Virus record (IMG/VR): IMGVR_UViG_3300030104_000859
Span: 1-59,963 of that record
Direction: 5' to 3' (one strand)
DNA length: 59,963 bases
Origin: a virus
Lineage: Duplodnaviria; Caudoviricetes
The notes beneath the pieces were generated by a model. That model saw only the letters and a list, made by a program, of their open reading frames with translations. It was not told the DNA's origin and did not search any database. This document shows, piece by piece, positions 57,501 through 59,963 of the stretch. A program made the position numbers and the translations under genes. Every line of letters begins with the position of its first letter. The stretch's first letter is position 1.

Positions 57501-58543
57501 TCTATACCGGGTTTACCTGCTCTTAGATAGAAAGGAGCAAAAACTGCTTCAAAAGCAGGAACTGCAAGCATATTATTAACAAAGGCTTGACCATACTGTC
57601 TAGCTTTAGAATCATCAGGATTAACAGCAAGTGGTTCAATAAAATCCATAGCTTCTGGAAATGTTTCTACAAGAATATTAACAAGATTTTCTTCTGGATC
57701 TTCTACCATTGTAGCACCAACAGCAAAACCAGTACCATGTTTTAATCCTGTTCCTAATCTTTTTCCAAATCTTTCAGATCTACTTAAAACTTTTGGAACT
57801 TCTTCCGCTACTTTTTTAGCAGACTGAGTTATCGGAACTAAAGCTGTTCCTGTAGCTGGAGTCATAGGTTCTAACCAAGGAGCATCTCCTTTAGGTTGAG
57901 TTATTTTTGGATCTGCTTTTCGTGCAGTTCCCGGTTGAAAAGTTATTCTTTTATTCTTACTTTGTGGTGAAATTTTTTCAACCATTTCTAAAAATTCATC
58001 TAATTTTTTTTGTCTTCTAGCTCCATGCATTGTTTTAGCAAAATTAGATATACCTGAAGCAGTCTTCATTGTTCCTGCATAAGGAACTAAATAAGATATA
58101 ATATGTCCTACAGCATTTTCTGCTCCTCCTGCTAGACCTTCTCCATGATAAGGATCAAAAACTTCTATCATTTCTTTTCTTAAATCTTCGGGAAGAATAT
58201 CAGCTAAATTATCTATCTCTCTTTCAACATCTTCAGCCATACTATCACTAAGAAAAAGATCTTTACCAAAATTTCCTAGACCACCAACAAGTTCTCCTAC
58301 GCCTCTTCCCAGTATTCTACCAAGAAAAGTTCCACCTTGCTCTATCTGCTCACCAGCATCTAAAGCTTTAGAGTAGTTACGATATTCATCTTTAAATGAA
58401 GTAGGATCATATCCAAAATGTTGAGCAGCAATATCAATTTCTTCTTCAGTAGGTGGAGGACCATCTGCAAATACTTGATCCATCTTATCAAGAGTATCTT
58501 GAAAAGATTGAGATTGAAAGGCTGCTGTTTGTAACTTAGCCAT
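54566..58543 (-). CDS. Large internal virion/ejection protein
   Basis: 1325 aa, helical-looking; last large gene of the structural arm; 'AAE.TRN.MPNY...LRR.PIG.F.SFPAE..RT' motif. Confidence 0.7.
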   Translation of the reverse strand: MAKLQTAAFQSQSFQDTLDKMDQVFADGPPPTEEEIDIAAQHFGYDPTSFKDEYRNYSKALDAGEQIEQGGTFLGRILGRGVGELVGGLGNFGKDLFLSDSMAEDVEREIDNLADILPEDLRKEMIEVFDPYHGEGLAGGAENAVGHIISYLVPYAGTMKTASGISNFAKTMHGARRQKKLDEFLEMVEKISPQSKNKRITFQPGTARKADPKITQPKGDAPWLEPMTPATGTALVPITQSAKKVAEEVPKVLSRSERFGKRLGTGLKHGTGFAVGATMVEDPEENLVNILVETFPEAMDFIEPLAVNPDDSKARQYGQAFVNNMLAVPAFEAVFAPFYLRAGKPGIEAIASAANRMDKSSIISDDVPVVGLLERLRIPLRNWSSTKGTDADTLALTIRRDGAGREAVTLTESIGQSLKQAMKSTYGSKANDPKVLETINDALAGATKENSDVKIMDDLIGNDETKEVGLLVKEMRDSIDNLSNIVGSRLRTGKMKAKIDKNLGTYINRSYRAFDDPSWRGLDSLKKKVGEEKFNKIKSDAETYLREQVGIANKDMEPVLKYIAAGMKPTEATKLVTKKNWVGENPDQFVSRLAEFARGSTKPFSKRKYQPPELRALWGEYKDPYKNFGKTFEKLSVLKAEQDYLNEMKRVLTRKRVDRAGREVAPLATRGTLNPKQVTEAGDPVYISPSDDLFDLGKAIDDRIGLSGREAVKSFDNPLRGLFVDKAYEDIIKNGLDLAAPSAPWIRHWIKMKATSQIMKTVASPATHGRNVMGNNVMMVANGFLPYGRGQAAFLSKRILGKNDREFAKEIGELQRLGVIDSDVRAETVRASLRDMVKDGYDNTVTRIMDKATLGIPKTIAKKTMQLYRDEDNMFKLVHFNKTKDYLEKAYKNELKSGAMSRDRLMELAAERTRNLMPNYNLVNKRLKQLRRAPIGDFLSFPAEMIRTTLNLGKYTLRDIKSGNPVLMRQGFKRLGGMTVAGLGGDIAVRQSMNLFGITPEQDKAIDEAGASYNKNVPRVYLSPINRDKNNRLGVDFINLGPIDPYDYIKYIARATSEAALSEEEPDWGVLGLGLWDKAMGPFVGPSMITEAALKLANKDFDPLQPGIWEQALLTTVGPFEPGFVPLLSKRLQYERSLKERQEFGLGAVGKYGNTLTEDQVALWPNLAGLQTQRLDLTTALGKKLPALARQVQGSRKAFKDSPAYKDQTQNSPEDLLEAYLSSQDIKVREYKRLKKAADAFNILTDGDPLSPSSEDYFRGITQDGKYKVNNAIQKIIQNAWDNRFMPDVLTDEDFRFLRNTGKTVPIQDIEELYRLYESTKIKGD

Positions 58544-58558
58544 TTGTTTTACCTATAA

Positions 58559-59963
58559 TTATTTTTGTTTGCCTGTTAAAGCAGGACTAAGTGTTCTACC
58601 TCTATAATTTTTACTAATATTTTCTGCATTATTTGCAAGAGCAGCATTTTGTGGATTTGTACGTTTTGATTGTCCAACTAAGGAAGCAGCAACAGCGCTT
58701 GAAAGATTACCAGTTTTTTCAAATGTAAAAATAGCAGTTGTTAAAGCTCTAGTATAAGCATTTCTATAATCTTGACTATTTTCTGCATAACCTCCTGCTT
58801 GTAATTTAGCATTTTTAATTAATTCAGCCATTGTTTTTGAATCCATTTTCTTTAAACCATTATTTTTAATCCATGCAGCTAATGCTCTCATCTGCTCTGC
58901 TTTTACTTTACCAGCCGACAGTAATAATTTAGTATCAGAATCTTGTAAAAGTATATTTGTTTTTATAGCATTAATAGCGTTTTGACCATCACCTTCAGCT
59001 TCTTTCATTATTTTTAATCTGTTATCAAGATACTGTTTTCCTCCAGCAGCAGCACCTAGAGCAATAGCATTAAGAACACCTTTAGAAGGATCTGCTTTAC
59101 CTACAGCTTCTCCGGCTGTAACAAAAGCTCTCCAAAAATTAAGTTCATTTCTTTTATTTCTAGCACCTTCTCTACTGTCTTGATCTGCTTTCTGTGCATC
59201 TCTAAGTTGTTTTTTTAATTTTTTTGATTCACCCATAGAAGCTTCTACACCTTCTATAGTATCTGAAATTAATTTAAGAGGAGATATATCTAATTTTTTA
59301 GATGGATCAGTAGGAGTTTGCCCTTCTATTTCAGACCCTCTTGCTCCTTTAGATTTATCAACTATAGTAGTATCTTTAGGAACAAGTTGACCATCTACAT
59401 ATGTATAACCTCCTGTTTCAGAATCAGCAGGAGCTTGTGTTCCTCTTCCTAATTTAGCTTCTAAAATTTCTACATCTGTAAGATCGTCAATTTCTAAACC
59501 ACCTTCTACTAATTCTGGAACACCTGCTGTCGGATCAACTATTAAGTCAGGTCTAGTTTCAGATCCAGCTAAAGATGCTTCAATATCCATATCTTTTTTA
59601 ATAGCTTTTTCTTTAGATGTTCTAAGGTTTTTTTCTCCTACTGTTTCAAACGGATTTAAGCGTTGTAATGTCATCGCTGCAAGTTTATTTCTACCTTCTT
59701 CACCTACATCAGCACCGGGAACAGTACCCGGACTACCACTAAAGCCACCAGCAAAAAGTAAAGAAGGCTGTTTATTAATTGCCTTTATATTAGCTTGCCT
59801 TACCCTTTCTCTTGTTTCATCAGATGGCTTAAGAAAATTAATAGCTCTTTTAATATTTTCCATAATTGCAAGAGAATTTGAATCATTACCAATAGAACCT
59901 TGTTGCCTTCTTACTACAGGAAGTCCAGATAAACCTCCTACAGATCCACCAGTTGCAGCAGGT
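58559..59963 (-). CDS. 3' part of the ejection protein that begins at 1427 (allele B segment at 59442-59963)
   Basis: Frame open to the window end (PAATGGSVGGLSGLPVVRRQQGSIG...), matching the 1..1427 product. Confidence 0.75.
   Translation of the reverse strand, partial: PAATGGSVGGLSGLPVVRRQQGSIGNDSNSLAIMENIKRAINFLKPSDETRERVRQANIKAINKQPSLLFAGGFSGSPGTVPGADVGEEGRNKLAAMTLQRLNPFETVGEKNLRTSKEKAIKKDMDIEASLAGSETRPDLIVDPTAGVPELVEGGLEIDDLTDVEILEAKLGRGTQAPADSETGGYTYVDGQLVPKDTTIVDKSKGARGSEIEGQTPTDPSKKLDISPLKLISDTIEGVEASMGESKKLKKQLRDAQKADQDSREGARNKRNELNFWRAFVTAGEAVGKADPSKGVLNAIALGAAAGGKQYLDNRLKIMKEAEGDGQNAINAIKTNILLQDSDTKLLLSAGKVKAEQMRALAAWIKNNGLKKMDSKTMAELIKNAKLQAGGYAENSQDYRNAYTRALTTAIFTFEKTGNLSSAVAASLVGQSKRTNPQNAALANNAENISKNYRGRTLSPALTGKQK

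Overview
This window is an essentially complete (~59.45 kb), circularly permuted genome of an AT-rich, tailed dsDNA phage. It is podovirus-like, and a marine alphaproteobacterial host is inferred but not demonstrated. It has two oppositely transcribed arms. The minus-strand arm (27291->1, continuing 59963->52694) holds TerL, portal, GroES, scaffold, capsid, adaptors, tail fibres, internal/ejection proteins, an M15 endolysin and an ART-like protein. The plus-strand arm (27969->52669) holds small early genes, DUF932, SufT, DNA glycosylases, an SleB hydrolase, T7-like primase-helicase and PolA, SSB, exonuclease, class II RNR, Hsp20, a glycosyltransferase/methyltransferase cluster, holin and TerS. 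I found no RNA polymerase, integrase, tRNA or CRISPR array; strong sigma70-type promoters drive both arms. The most interesting signals are: (1) a ROSE-type RNA thermometer in front of the phage hsp20; (2) five LacI-operator-like palindromes (TGGTAGCGCTACCA) in the early region with no phage-encoded LacI; (3) a GT8-like plus GT-MTase-Maf/DUF115 plus MTase cluster together with V-S-x-S enrichment across virion proteins, a candidate virion glycosylation system; (4) two in-frame alleles of one ejection-protein segment captured at the contig ends; (5) a shared xxGG-L-S/A-x-L...R-x-x-GG peptide signal in several putative internal virion proteins; (6) apparent genome-wide CCWGG avoidance; (7) a 25-bp element shared by the two strand-switch regions. 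All assignments are by eye from motifs and synteny; no searches were run.
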